DNA of 32,000 bases from an uncultured Lentisphaeria bacterium (GTDB lineage: Bacteria > Verrucomicrobiota > Lentisphaeria > JABSQK01 > JAJFLO01), in the NCBI GenBank assembly GCA_951812855.1, contig OX638337.1:1440001-1472000 (forward strand), given 5' to 3'. Of this stretch, positions 17,505 through 26,850 are shown piece by piece. Each line of letters starts with the position of its first letter. The first letter of the stretch is position 1. Under the pieces are notes generated by a model. It ran no database searches. It saw only the letters and a program-made list of their open reading frames with translations, and had not been told where the DNA came from. A program made the position numbers and the translations under genes.

Positions 17505-20252
17505 ATGAAGTATATCAATTTAATAATTTTCATTCTCTTCCTGACTTCAGAAATTAACGCTGACCAGGTTGTCGATGATTTTGAAGGCAGTACCTCCATC
17601 ATCGATGGAGGATGGCACTGTATTGGGTGCTCAGATCAAATCGTTACCGGAGATGGACTTGAAAGTAATCACTCGTTACGTATAGAAGGCGGCACATCGG
17701 GCTTTGGCGGAATTGCAACAGCAACTCTATCTCAGTCCCAGCGTGATATTAGTCGTTTCAGGGCGATATCATATCGATTTAAGAATATAAACAATGCGGT
17801 TAATAATGATAATCCAGATGAAAACCGGATTTCAATAAAGTTTATCTTTGGCAATGGATCTGAATGGGAACAACCTCTGAGTTATCGGGTACTGCTGGCG
17901 ACTTCTGCCGGCAACTGGACACGAGTTCTGGTACCTTTTGACACTGAAAGTACCGGATTCCTATTGGAGTCGGAGTCCAGCGGGAACCGTTTTGATTTGA
18001 CGGATTTAAATCGTATTGGCATACTCCTCTCACCAATGCAGAATTCTGTTGTTTGGATTGATAATATTGAATTTGTTGAACCCGGAGCTCTCCACAAAAT
18101 TGTTGTCAGTGCTCCTCAACGAGTGTATACACCCGTTTCAGGTGCAGATCAGTTTGATACCGCGTCGGGATTTGATGTAGTCCTTATCGGAGAAGACAGT
18201 TCTGGGTTAAGAGTTATCAACCCGTTCAATGTTGCGTTGTCTGAATCACTAAATATTTTGACATTGGAGGAGGGTTTAAATTTACCCGTTAATAATTCAT
18301 CATCATTAACCCTCATTAATGGAAAACGAATATTTAGGATGAGTGCTGCAGGTGCTGATCGTTCAACGACAACGTTAACTGCATCCACTGATGGGGGTAT
18401 TACTGCATCAGCTGATATTCAAATTCGCTCAAGCAGTGAGGCACTTGATGAGCTTGATTTCATCCTGAGCTTAGTTAATTCGGACAATGATTTGGTGCGT
18501 AGCGAAAAAGATGGGTCTTCAGCGACATTATATATTAATGCTCTTGCCGTCATTATGTTTACTCATGCCGAAAAAAAAGGGTATTATGACAATGGATTTG
18601 AGCGTGCCAGTCAAATTATCAGCATGATAAATAAGAATCAATTTGATCAGATTAAAAACCAAAACGGAAATGAAACAGATCATGAACTAAAAGGTGCATT
18701 TACAAATTCGTTCAGTATAAACACGGGTAAAAATAATACGCAAAATAATAATTTTTCTGAGATAATAAGAAACGGAAATAATGCCTGGTATTTACTATCA
18801 CTTTCTTATTACACAATTATAACCGGTGATAACACTTATATAGAAAATATCATCGCATTGGCGGACTTCCTAATACTCAAAGGTCAGCAGAATGATCAGG
18901 AAAATAACGGGATTGACATTTCAAAGACATATGGTGCGATAAAACATGGATTTAATCTTCCTGTTGGAAGCGGCAGTAACTATGTTCCACTGGTAAATAT
19001 AACAACTGAACATCAAACAGAATCATATGCCGGATTACTGCTGGCGTCAAAAATATCAGATATTGAGTATACTAAACGTCAGAATTATGCCGAGAGTGCC
19101 CGGAAAATATTGGAATTTGTGTATAATTTTCTTTACAACCCGAATCATCAAGGCTCGGATCCGAATGACCTGTCATCTTTTTTTCACACAGGTTTAACAG
19201 ACCTGAGAGGGGCAGTAAACCCCGAATTTCCTCCCTCCATGGATGCACAAACCTGGCCCTTCCTTGCTTTTGGACGCCGTTTTAAAATGAGGTTTTGTAC
19301 AGATATTTCGGGAGTTCTCGACTTTGCTAAGAATAATCTATTCAGTTCCGGTCAAATTAATGGTCAAACATTAACCGGTGGAATTTGGTATAAAGGTGAT
19401 ACAGGTATTTGGCTGGAAGGTTATGCTCAGCTGGGTCTGGCTTTTTTGGTTGCCTCGCATGAAGCTGAAGGTACGCAAAATCAGATGGCCAGTGCTGATG
19501 AAATCTTTAATTCACAAACGAAAATGCAAATGTCTGATGGTGGATTTCAGACGTTTAGTGCCGATTACGTCGGAAATACTGAATCTGTAGGAGATCAGAC
19601 AACATCAGGTGCTGTTACAACCGTTTGGCGGTATTTTCATGCTGAACATTTTAATCCTTTTGATGTTGCAAACATTTTATCTCAGTCCGGTATTACCGTA
19701 AATCAGGAGTTTCAATTAGGGAAAGGATGGAATAAAATCTCCTTTAATGTACTGCCTCTTAACGTTTCAACTTCTGAAGTATTTAATTCGTTGATTAAAA
19801 ATAACGAACTCGAAATGGTTGTCAGTGAAACATCCAATTTTAACCCTGAATATCCCTGTTCATTAAATTCATTATCTCGATTAAAAGTTGGTTCAGGTTA
19901 TGCTGTAAAGGTAAATAAAGCGACTAAGCTTACGATATCCGGCACATTATTGGATATAAGCAATGAGAAGATTTCATTAAAGGCGGGTTGGAACTTTATT
20001 GCTTATTTTCTTTCAGGTGAACAGAGTATTAGAACAGCTTTTGCAAGTCTTATTAATGAAACTGATTTGAACAATTCTAATCTGCAAATTGCGACATTCG
20101 GCAGCAAGACATTTGATCCCGGAATTTCAGATTCTCTAAATTCTTTGACGATGCTTACGCCCGGGGCCGGCTACTGGATAAAGCTGAAGACTGCCGAGGA
20201 TTTTTTCTATCCCTCTCCCTCTAATCCTGGAAGTATCCTTAGTCAAGATTAA
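17505..20252 (+). CDS. Large secreted multidomain protein: CBM/CIA30-like jelly-roll, Ig-like domain, alpha/alpha-toroid-like region, two C-terminal beta-repeat modules
   Basis: 915 aa with a signal peptide (MKYINLIIFILFLTSEINA). The N-terminal DDFEG...W...IDNIEFVEPG pattern is typical of CBM11/CIA30-like domains. The middle has helix-rich W/Y-rich segments (NNAWYLLSLSYY, MDAQTWPFLAFG) reminiscent of six-hairpin glycosidase folds. The function call is low confidence. Confidence 0.85.
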   Translation: MKYINLIIFILFLTSEINADQVVDDFEGSTSIIDGGWHCIGCSDQIVTGDGLESNHSLRIEGGTSGFGGIATATLSQSQRDISRFRAISYRFKNINNAVNNDNPDENRISIKFIFGNGSEWEQPLSYRVLLATSAGNWTRVLVPFDTESTGFLLESESSGNRFDLTDLNRIGILLSPMQNSVVWIDNIEFVEPGALHKIVVSAPQRVYTPVSGADQFDTASGFDVVLIGEDSSGLRVINPFNVALSESLNILTLEEGLNLPVNNSSSLTLINGKRIFRMSAAGADRSTTTLTASTDGGITASADIQIRSSSEALDELDFILSLVNSDNDLVRSEKDGSSATLYINALAVIMFTHAEKKGYYDNGFERASQIISMINKNQFDQIKNQNGNETDHELKGAFTNSFSINTGKNNTQNNNFSEIIRNGNNAWYLLSLSYYTIITGDNTYIENIIALADFLILKGQQNDQENNGIDISKTYGAIKHGFNLPVGSGSNYVPLVNITTEHQTESYAGLLLASKISDIEYTKRQNYAESARKILEFVYNFLYNPNHQGSDPNDLSSFFHTGLTDLRGAVNPEFPPSMDAQTWPFLAFGRRFKMRFCTDISGVLDFAKNNLFSSGQINGQTLTGGIWYKGDTGIWLEGYAQLGLAFLVASHEAEGTQNQMASADEIFNSQTKMQMSDGGFQTFSADYVGNTESVGDQTTSGAVTTVWRYFHAEHFNPFDVANILSQSGITVNQEFQLGKGWNKISFNVLPLNVSTSEVFNSLIKNNELEMVVSETSNFNPEYPCSLNSLSRLKVGSGYAVKVNKATKLTISGTLLDISNEKISLKAGWNFIAYFLSGEQSIRTAFASLINETDLNNSNLQIATFGSKTFDPGISDSLNSLTMLTPGAGYWIKLKTAEDFFYPSPSNPGSILSQD
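19705..20210 (+). repeat. Intragenic tandem duplication: two ~80-aa modules at the C-terminus of the 915-aa protein
   Basis: Module 1: LGKGWNKISFNV...FNSLI...LNSLSRLKVGSGYAVKV. Module 2: LKAGWNFIAYFL...FASLI...LNSLTMLTPGAGYWIKL. The shared pattern is GWN.I...F.SLI...LNSL..L..G.GY..K. Confidence 0.7.
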
Positions 20253-20289
20253 ACATTTTAGATCCTGTCGATTATTTCATTAGACTTGT

Positions 20290-20318
20290 TTGACAACTGT
20301 CCGCCTGCGATTTAGTTT
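20290..20318 (+). promoter_or_regulatory. Candidate sigma70 promoter for the Rrf2 regulator gene
   Basis: TTGACA (20290-20295), 17-nt spacer, TAGTTT (20313-20318). About 50 nt upstream of the ATG at 20367. Confidence 0.3.
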
Positions 20319-20366
20319 CCCATAAATCTTTATATGTTTATATGAGTTTAAATTCTGAATAAGAAT

Positions 20367-20798
20367 ATGATATCAGCAAAAACAAAATACGGATTAAAAA
20401 TTTTATTGCATATCGCTGAAGATTCAGTCTGTGGACGATTATCTCAGGGAAAGCAAATCGCGTTCAAGCAGGAAATCAATGAGCCTTATCTTGAACAGAT
20501 CATGATATCACTGAAAAAGTCTGGATTAGTGGCGACTGTTCGCGGTAGAAACGGTGGCTATAAATTAGGAAAAAATGTGAAGGATATTTCAGTTCTTGAC
20601 ATAGTTAACATCTTTGAATCGAATATAGACTTACAGCAGATATATCATTATAAATCGTATGGGAACACTAAATTGGTCAACATAACCGATCAAGTCTGGA
20701 TAGATTTATTAGATGCATTTTGTCAAAGAGCTTCCCAAACAACATTATCAATGCTGCTTGAAAAAGAAGATGTATCACAACCTGAGTATGTTATTTAG
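20367..20798 (+). CDS. Rrf2-family transcriptional regulator (CymR-like, no Fe-S ligand triad)
   Basis: 143 aa with an N-terminal winged HTH typical of Rrf2 (KTKYGLKILLHIA...GRNGGYKLGK). I do not see the three closely spaced Cys found in IscR/NsrR. Sits directly upstream of cysK. Confidence 0.85.
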   Translation: MISAKTKYGLKILLHIAEDSVCGRLSQGKQIAFKQEINEPYLEQIMISLKKSGLVATVRGRNGGYKLGKNVKDISVLDIVNIFESNIDLQQIYHYKSYGNTKLVNITDQVWIDLLDAFCQRASQTTLSMLLEKEDVSQPEYVI

Positions 20799-20893
20799 GT
20801 TGATAAATTGATATTGATTCGATATTTTCTGCTGATTATATAACGCTGTTTTCAGTATATTGTCTTCAAAATTTTTAATCAAAGGAACTACTA

Positions 20894-21814
20894 ATGAAAA
20901 TTTTTAACGATATTACAGAAACAATGGGGAATACCCCACTGGTGAGACTTAATCGGTTGACAGATCGGTGTCATGGTACAGTATTGGCAAAATTGGAATT
21001 CAGAAATCCTACATTCAGTGTTAAAGATCGTATTGCTGTTAATATGATTAATAATGCAGAAAAAGATGGCCGACTCAAACCCGGTGGCATTATTATTGAA
21101 CCAACAAGCGGAAACACAGGCATCGGTTTAGCATTTGTTGCCGCTGCTCGAGGTTATAAAGTAATCATTACTATGCCCGAGACGATGTCCATGGAGCGTC
21201 GTCGGGTTATCAAACATTTCGGTGCAGAAATTGTACTGACACCGGGCGATAAAGGAATGAAGGGTGCTATTGAGAAAGCAACTCAGTTAACGGCTGCAAC
21301 AGAGAATGCGTTTATGCCGCAGCAATTTGAAAACCCCGCGAATCCGGAGATACACCGTAACACAACAGGACCTGAAGTTTGGGAAGACACTGATGGGAGA
21401 GTTGATATTTTTGTTTCAGGCGTTGGAACCGGCGGAACGATTACCGGGGCCGGTGAATTTCTGAAGAGTAAAAATTCAGACATCCAATTAGTCGCGGTTG
21501 AACCCGAAGCATCAGCAATATTATCTGGAGAAGGTCCCGGTAAACATATCATTCAAGGCATCGGAGCTGGATTTGTCCCACAGATTTTAGATGAAGACAT
21601 TATTGATGATGTTGTCAAAGTGTCTGACAGTGATGCGATTGAAACCGGCCGTGCACTGGCAGCCAGAGAAGGAATTTTAGCAGGAATCAGTTCCGGAGCG
21701 GCGGCATGGGCAGCTGTTCAGGTTGCAAAACGACCCGAAAATAAGGGTAAAACAATCGTTGTAATTTTACCCAGTGGCGGTGAACGCTATTTAAGTACTC
21801 TGCTGTTTGAATAA
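20894..21814 (+). CDS. cysK: Cysteine synthase A (O-acetylserine sulfhydrylase)
   Basis: 306 aa. PLP-lysine context [11 protein letters not shown], substrate loop [10 protein letters not shown], and GTGGTITG. Confidence 0.95.
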   Translation: MKIFNDITETMGNTPLVRLNRLTDRCHGTVLAKLEFRNPTFSVKDRIAVNMINNAEKDGRLKPGGIIIEPTSGNTGIGLAFVAAARGYKVIITMPETMSMERRRVIKHFGAEIVLTPGDKGMKGAIEKATQLTAATENAFMPQQFENPANPEIHRNTTGPEVWEDTDGRVDIFVSGVGTGGTITGAGEFLKSKNSDIQLVAVEPEASAILSGEGPGKHIIQGIGAGFVPQILDEDIIDDVVKVSDSDAIETGRALAAREGILAGISSGAAAWAAVQVAKRPENKGKTIVVILPSGGERYLSTLLFE

Positions 21815-21936
21815 ATACCTGGTAATAACATAATTTTACCTTAGTGAGCATGTAAGAGCTTGCCTGAACAATGCGTCATGACGACACTCTGAAACAGGAA
21901 TTCCGCTTTTAAAAATAAACGAGAATTATTGATACA

Positions 21937-22677
21937 ATGACTGAGAACAAAAACAAAATAAGCCTGTGGAATGAGGCACTGAAGGATGCTGAGACCGTAG
22001 AGATACTGCAATGGGCAGGTAAGGAATTCAGTTCAAAGGTTAAGTTTGCCTCATCTCTTGGTCTGGAAGATCAGGTTATTACTGATATGATTGTGAAATC
22101 TGTACCGGAAATTCCTGTATTTACCCTGGATACGGGTCGATTATTTCAGGAAACATATAATTTGATCCAGGAAACAGAAGATAAATATAATATTAAGATT
22201 TCTGTTTTTTTCCCAGATACCAATGATGTACAGACAATGGTGGCAAATCACGGTGTTAATTTGTTTTACAACAGTATTGAGCTGCGGAAAATGTGCTGTC
22301 ATACCCGGAAAGTTAAACCGTTAAATCGTGCGTTTTCAGGACTGGACAGTTGGGTATGTGGATTACGAAGGGAACAGGCTGTGAGTCGGACTGATGTAGA
22401 TACGGTTCAGTGGGACGCTGCAAATAAACTGGTCAAAGTCAATCCATTATATAATTGGAGTGAAGATGACTTGTGGCAATATATTAAGAAACATAATGTT
22501 CCTTATAACAAACTTCATAATCAAGGTTTTTCCAGTATTGGATGTGCAAGTTGTACCCGTGCAGTAAAAGATGGTGACGATGTACGAGCCGGCCGCTGGT
22601 GGTGGGAACTTCCTGAACAGAAGGAATGCGGTTTACATGTTGTCGACGGAAAAACAGTACGGAAGATGAGTAGCTGA
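21937..22677 (+). CDS. cysH: Assimilatory adenylyl-sulfate (APS) reductase-type CysH
   Basis: 246 aa. It has a PAPS_reduct fold and the C-terminal catalytic ECGLH. It also has the CC (MCCHTRK) and CxxC (GCASCT) pairs that ligate the 4Fe-4S cluster in APS-specific enzymes. Confidence 0.88.
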   Translation: MTENKNKISLWNEALKDAETVEILQWAGKEFSSKVKFASSLGLEDQVITDMIVKSVPEIPVFTLDTGRLFQETYNLIQETEDKYNIKISVFFPDTNDVQTMVANHGVNLFYNSIELRKMCCHTRKVKPLNRAFSGLDSWVCGLRREQAVSRTDVDTVQWDAANKLVKVNPLYNWSEDDLWQYIKKHNVPYNKLHNQGFSSIGCASCTRAVKDGDDVRAGRWWWELPEQKECGLHVVDGKTVRKMSS

Positions 22678-22804
22678 TACCGTTGATTTTACACATTCAA
22701 CCTGTTTTTTGAGGTTATCGTTTTAAGGATTGAAAATTACTGTTGATGTCTAAATTCAGTATATTTATTAACCCTGATTAAATTTATTTCGGATATTATA
22801 TTTT

Positions 22805-23710
22805 ATGGAACACTATCGTTTATCACATTTAGATACACTTGAAGCGGAATCAATCCATATAATGAGAGAGGTTGCAGCTGAGTTTCAACAGCCTGTTTTG
22901 TTATTTTCCGGTGGTAAAGATTCGCTTGTCATGCTTCGAATCGCGGAAAAAGCATTTCGACCAGCTAAATTTCCGTTTCCGGTGATGCATATTGATACCG
23001 GTCATAATTTCCCGGAAGTATTGAAATTCAGAGATGACCTTATTGAATCGATGGGAGAACAACTCATCGTCAGGACTGTGGAAGATGCGATTAAAATGGG
23101 AATTGCTGTGGAAACTGCTGACGGTAATGTGAGTCGGAATCGGCTGCAGAGTCCAACATTGTTGGCTGCAATAGAGGAGTTTAAATTTGATGCTGCATTT
23201 GGGGGGGGACGACGAGACGAAGAAAAAGCCCGTGCAAAAGAAAGAATTTTTTCGTTTCGCGATGACTTTGGTCAATGGGATCCGAAGAATCAACGACCTG
23301 AACTCTGGAATATATACAACGGCCGCATTTTTGAAGGTGAAAATATCAGAGTATTTCCAATCAGCAATTGGACTGAGCTTGATGTTTGGCAGTATATCGA
23401 GCGGGAAAAGATGGAAATACCGTCCATTTATTTTGCACATGAACGCGAGGTATTTTTTCGGGACGATCAGTGGTTAAGCACCGGTGAATATTTGGTGCCG
23501 GGGGATAATGAAAGAGTACAGAAAAAAATGGTACGCTTTCGTACAATAGGAGACATGGTGTGTACCGGTGCAATTGAATCAACGTGCTCAAGTGTTGCAG
23601 AAATAATTACAGAAATCGCAGCGTTTAGAGTCTCTGAACGGGGTGGCCGTGCCGATGACCGGTTTTCAGAGACTGCCATGGAAGACAGGAAAAAAGAAGG
23701 ATATTTTTAA
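22805..23710 (+). CDS. cysD: Sulfate adenylyltransferase subunit 2
   Basis: 301 aa. PP-loop LLFSGGKDSLVML. CysD-like throughout (RVFPISNWTELDVWQYI). The stop overlaps the cysN ATG by 1 nt (23710). Confidence 0.95.
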   Translation: MEHYRLSHLDTLEAESIHIMREVAAEFQQPVLLFSGGKDSLVMLRIAEKAFRPAKFPFPVMHIDTGHNFPEVLKFRDDLIESMGEQLIVRTVEDAIKMGIAVETADGNVSRNRLQSPTLLAAIEEFKFDAAFGGGRRDEEKARAKERIFSFRDDFGQWDPKNQRPELWNIYNGRIFEGENIRVFPISNWTELDVWQYIEREKMEIPSIYFAHEREVFFRDDQWLSTGEYLVPGDNERVQKKMVRFRTIGDMVCTGAIESTCSSVAEIITEIAAFRVSERGGRADDRFSETAMEDRKKEGYF

Positions 23711-25038
23711 TGAATTTAATTCATGACTCTGAAGATAATAAAGGCCGGAGTGAATTACTGCGCTTTTCAACATGCGGAAGTGTGGATGATGGGAAAAGCA
23801 CCCTTATAGGGCGGTTATTATACGATAGTAAAACGTTATTTGAAGATCAGCTTGACGCATTAGAGCGGTCTCAGACATTATCCGGTGATCAGAAAGTTAA
23901 TTTGGCTAATTTAACTGATGGGCTGCGTGCTGAACGTGAACAGGGGATTACCATTGATGTTGCCTACCGATATTTAGCAACGCCAAAACGAAAGTTTATT
24001 ATTGCTGATACACCGGGACATATCCAATATACACGTAACATGGTAACCGGTGCATCGACAGCAAATTTAGCGGTTATATTGATTGATGCGAGAAAAGGTA
24101 TTATTGAACAATCCCGACGTCATAGTTTTATCGCCTCTCTACTTGGTATTCCTCACCTTGTTTTATGTGTTAATAAAATGGATTTAATGGATTTTAAGAA
24201 AGAGGTGTTTGATTTTATCTGTGATGATTTTGAGAAATTTTCTACCCGGCTCAACATCAAAGACATCTCTTATATCCCAATGAGTGCATTGGAAGGAGAT
24301 AATATTGTCGACTTATCAGAAAGAATGCCATGGTACAAGGGACCTGCATTTTTATCTTTCCTTGAGAATTTGCATATTGTCAATGATCAAAATTTTTCTG
24401 ATCCACGATTTCCCGTTCAATGGGTCATTCGACCCCGATCAGACGAATTTCATGATTTCCGAGCCTTTTCAGGGAAGATGGCATGCGGCGTATTCAAGGT
24501 TGGTGATGACATTATATCCTTGCCTTCAGGGAAACGTTCCCGTATCAAGGAAATACTAAATTTGGATCAATCGCTGGATCTGGCATTTACACCGATGTCT
24601 GTTGCTATACGATTGGAAGATGAAATTGATGTTAGCCGTGGTGATGTACTTGTGCATCCGGATCATATTCCTTATGTCTCAAACGAAATTCAAGCAATGA
24701 TTTGCTGGATGCACGAAACACCATTGATTTCAGGGAAAAAATATTTTCTAAAACATTTAAACCAAACATCAAAAGCCATTATAAAGGAGGTTGTTTTCAG
24801 GACAGACATAAACGATTTAACCGAAAATTATGATGCCCCGAGTTTAGGTTTAAATGAAATCGGGAAAGTAAAAATTAAAACACAGGCTAAATTAGTATTT
24901 GATAATTATAGTCGCTGCCGCAGTACGGGATCGTTTATATTAATTGATGAAGCAACGCATGCAACAGTTGCTTCCGGTATGATTTGCGAACCTGTAAACG
25001 AAATGCCGATGCCACAATACGATGGGTATGTAATCTGA
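23710..25038 (+). CDS. cysN: Sulfate adenylyltransferase subunit 1 (GTPase), without a fused APS kinase domain
   Basis: 442 aa. G1 GSVDDGKST, G3 DTPGH, G4 NKMD. It ends after the EF-Tu-like beta-barrel domains with no CysC extension. Confidence 0.95.
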   Translation: MNLIHDSEDNKGRSELLRFSTCGSVDDGKSTLIGRLLYDSKTLFEDQLDALERSQTLSGDQKVNLANLTDGLRAEREQGITIDVAYRYLATPKRKFIIADTPGHIQYTRNMVTGASTANLAVILIDARKGIIEQSRRHSFIASLLGIPHLVLCVNKMDLMDFKKEVFDFICDDFEKFSTRLNIKDISYIPMSALEGDNIVDLSERMPWYKGPAFLSFLENLHIVNDQNFSDPRFPVQWVIRPRSDEFHDFRAFSGKMACGVFKVGDDIISLPSGKRSRIKEILNLDQSLDLAFTPMSVAIRLEDEIDVSRGDVLVHPDHIPYVSNEIQAMICWMHETPLISGKKYFLKHLNQTSKAIIKEVVFRTDINDLTENYDAPSLGLNEIGKVKIKTQAKLVFDNYSRCRSTGSFILIDEATHATVASGMICEPVNEMPMPQYDGYVI

Positions 25039-25043
25039 CGAAA

Positions 25044-26795
25044 ATGGGTAAACCGACAGTTGAATTAAAGTTTTGTAAATTGGACCTGCCGGAAGAAGGC
25101 TTCAAGCTTACCTCCGGTCAGTCTCTAAAAGAGATTACTGTTGCTTACGAAGAGTATGGAACACTGGCTGCGGATAAAAAAAATGCTATCTATATCTGCC
25201 ATGCTCTGACCGGTGATCCTCATGCTGCATTTTATAATAGTGAAGATGATAAACAGCCAGGCTGGTGGGATCCGATGATCGGCCCGGGAAAGCCGATAGA
25301 TACTGAAAAATATTATGCTGTCTGTTCTAATATATTGGGTGGCTGCAATGGGACAACTGGACCCTCATCTATTAATCCTGATACAAATGAGCCCTTTGGA
25401 ACGTCATTTCCAATGGTGACGATAAAAGATGTTGTCAACGTTCAGAAACTATTCCTCGATCAATTAGGAATTCCCGATTTATATTGTGTTATCGGTGGAT
25501 CTATGGGGGGAATGCAGGCATTGGAATGGAGTATTGAGTACCCGGAGTATGTTCATCGATGTGTTTGTATTGCCTCTGCAATCAGTCTTACATCACAGGC
25601 CCTGGCATTTGATGTCATTGGGCGGCAGGAAATTGAATCTGACCCGGACTGGCACGACGGCAATTACCTTGAGAAAGAAAGCAAACCGGTTAAAGGATTA
25701 TCTCGGGCCAGGCAAATTGGGCATGTGACCTATTTATCGTCATCGTCAATGGATGCCAAATTCGGCCGGGAACTTCAGGAAGATAAACGAACTGAACAAC
25801 CGGGTAAATTCTCCACAGATTTTCAGGTAGAATCGTATCTGAATTATCAGGGGAAGAAATTTGTTGATCGATTTGATGCAAATTCGTATTTATATATTAG
25901 TCGTATGATGGATATGTTCGATTTAGCAAGAGAACACGGTTCAATTGAAGACGCCTTTAAGGAAACTCACTGTCATTTTCTAATCGTTTCAATTAGTACT
26001 GATTGGTTATTTCCTCCATCTCAACAGCTTGATATTGTTTCAGCACTTATTTCGAATCGAAAATCGGTGAGTTATTTTCAATTAGATTCCCAATATGGAC
26101 ATGATGCCTTTCTGATTGAATATGATACTCTGGGAGTGGGGGTGGATGCTTTTCTGAATGATCAGGATGTTGAATTGAATCAGAATGCAATCGATGAATT
26201 GGAGTTCGAACAGATTTCATCACTGATAGATGATGAGATTCATCTTTTGGATGTAGGCAGTGGTGATGGTGAGGTTATGAGGACCTTGCGAAACAGGAAA
26301 AATGTGTCGGGAATCTGTCTTGATTTAGATTTTTATAAAATTGTGGAATGCATGCGTAAGGGATTACCGGCAATTCAGCTTGATGTTGATACCGGATTAG
26401 GAATTATTGCAGATGACACCTTTGATTGTGTACTTCTTAACGAAACGATCCAACAGTTACGCAGTGCATTGCATGCGATAAAGCAAATTATCCGAATTTC
26501 TGATAATGGTGTCATCAGTTTTCCAAACTTTGCGTATTATGCATTTCGTTTATCTTTGTTTTTTACCGGTAAATTACCGATATCCAGATCGCTTCCGTTT
26601 GAATGGTATAACACTCCGAATATTCATTTGGTCACAGTAAAGGACTTCCAGGATCTTTGTGAACGGCATAACATTAATATCGAAGAAATAAATTTTCTGT
26701 CTGATGGTCTTATCGGAAGGATGTTGATTGTTCTGGGGTTAACTAATCTTGGCAGCGAACGAAGTATAGTAAGGATTAGCCGACCCGAAAAATAA
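25044..26795 (+). CDS. metX: Fused homoserine O-acetyltransferase MetX / MetW protein
   Basis: Start taken at ATG 25044, 5 nt after the cysN stop. The MetX alpha/beta-hydrolase has the nucleophile elbow GGSMGGMQALEW and YGHDAFL. From about nt 26190 there is a MetW-like methyltransferase-fold domain (LLDVGSGDGEVM...NTPNIHLVTVKDF). Confidence 0.9.
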   Translation: MGKPTVELKFCKLDLPEEGFKLTSGQSLKEITVAYEEYGTLAADKKNAIYICHALTGDPHAAFYNSEDDKQPGWWDPMIGPGKPIDTEKYYAVCSNILGGCNGTTGPSSINPDTNEPFGTSFPMVTIKDVVNVQKLFLDQLGIPDLYCVIGGSMGGMQALEWSIEYPEYVHRCVCIASAISLTSQALAFDVIGRQEIESDPDWHDGNYLEKESKPVKGLSRARQIGHVTYLSSSSMDAKFGRELQEDKRTEQPGKFSTDFQVESYLNYQGKKFVDRFDANSYLYISRMMDMFDLAREHGSIEDAFKETHCHFLIVSISTDWLFPPSQQLDIVSALISNRKSVSYFQLDSQYGHDAFLIEYDTLGVGVDAFLNDQDVELNQNAIDELEFEQISSLIDDEIHLLDVGSGDGEVMRTLRNRKNVSGICLDLDFYKIVECMRKGLPAIQLDVDTGLGIIADDTFDCVLLNETIQQLRSALHAIKQIIRISDNGVISFPNFAYYAFRLSLFFTGKLPISRSLPFEWYNTPNIHLVTVKDFQDLCERHNINIEEINFLSDGLIGRMLIVLGLTNLGSERSIVRISRPEK

Positions 26796-26850
26796 AATTC
26801 CCGCCAACTATAAATATATTCCCGTATTTTATCCTCAGGAGAAGTTTGGT

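Noticed and set aside
22901-23440. 179-aa antisense ORF inside cysD, plus other alternate-frame ORFs in cysD/cysN/metX
   Set aside because: The plus-strand CysD frame is unambiguous (PP-loop and full-length similarity). The antisense product has no recognisable features.
24984-25043. 20-codon N-terminal extension of metX overlapping the cysN 3' end
   Set aside because: The extension is unlike MetX N-termini. An ATG at 25044, just after the cysN stop, gives a normal MetX start.
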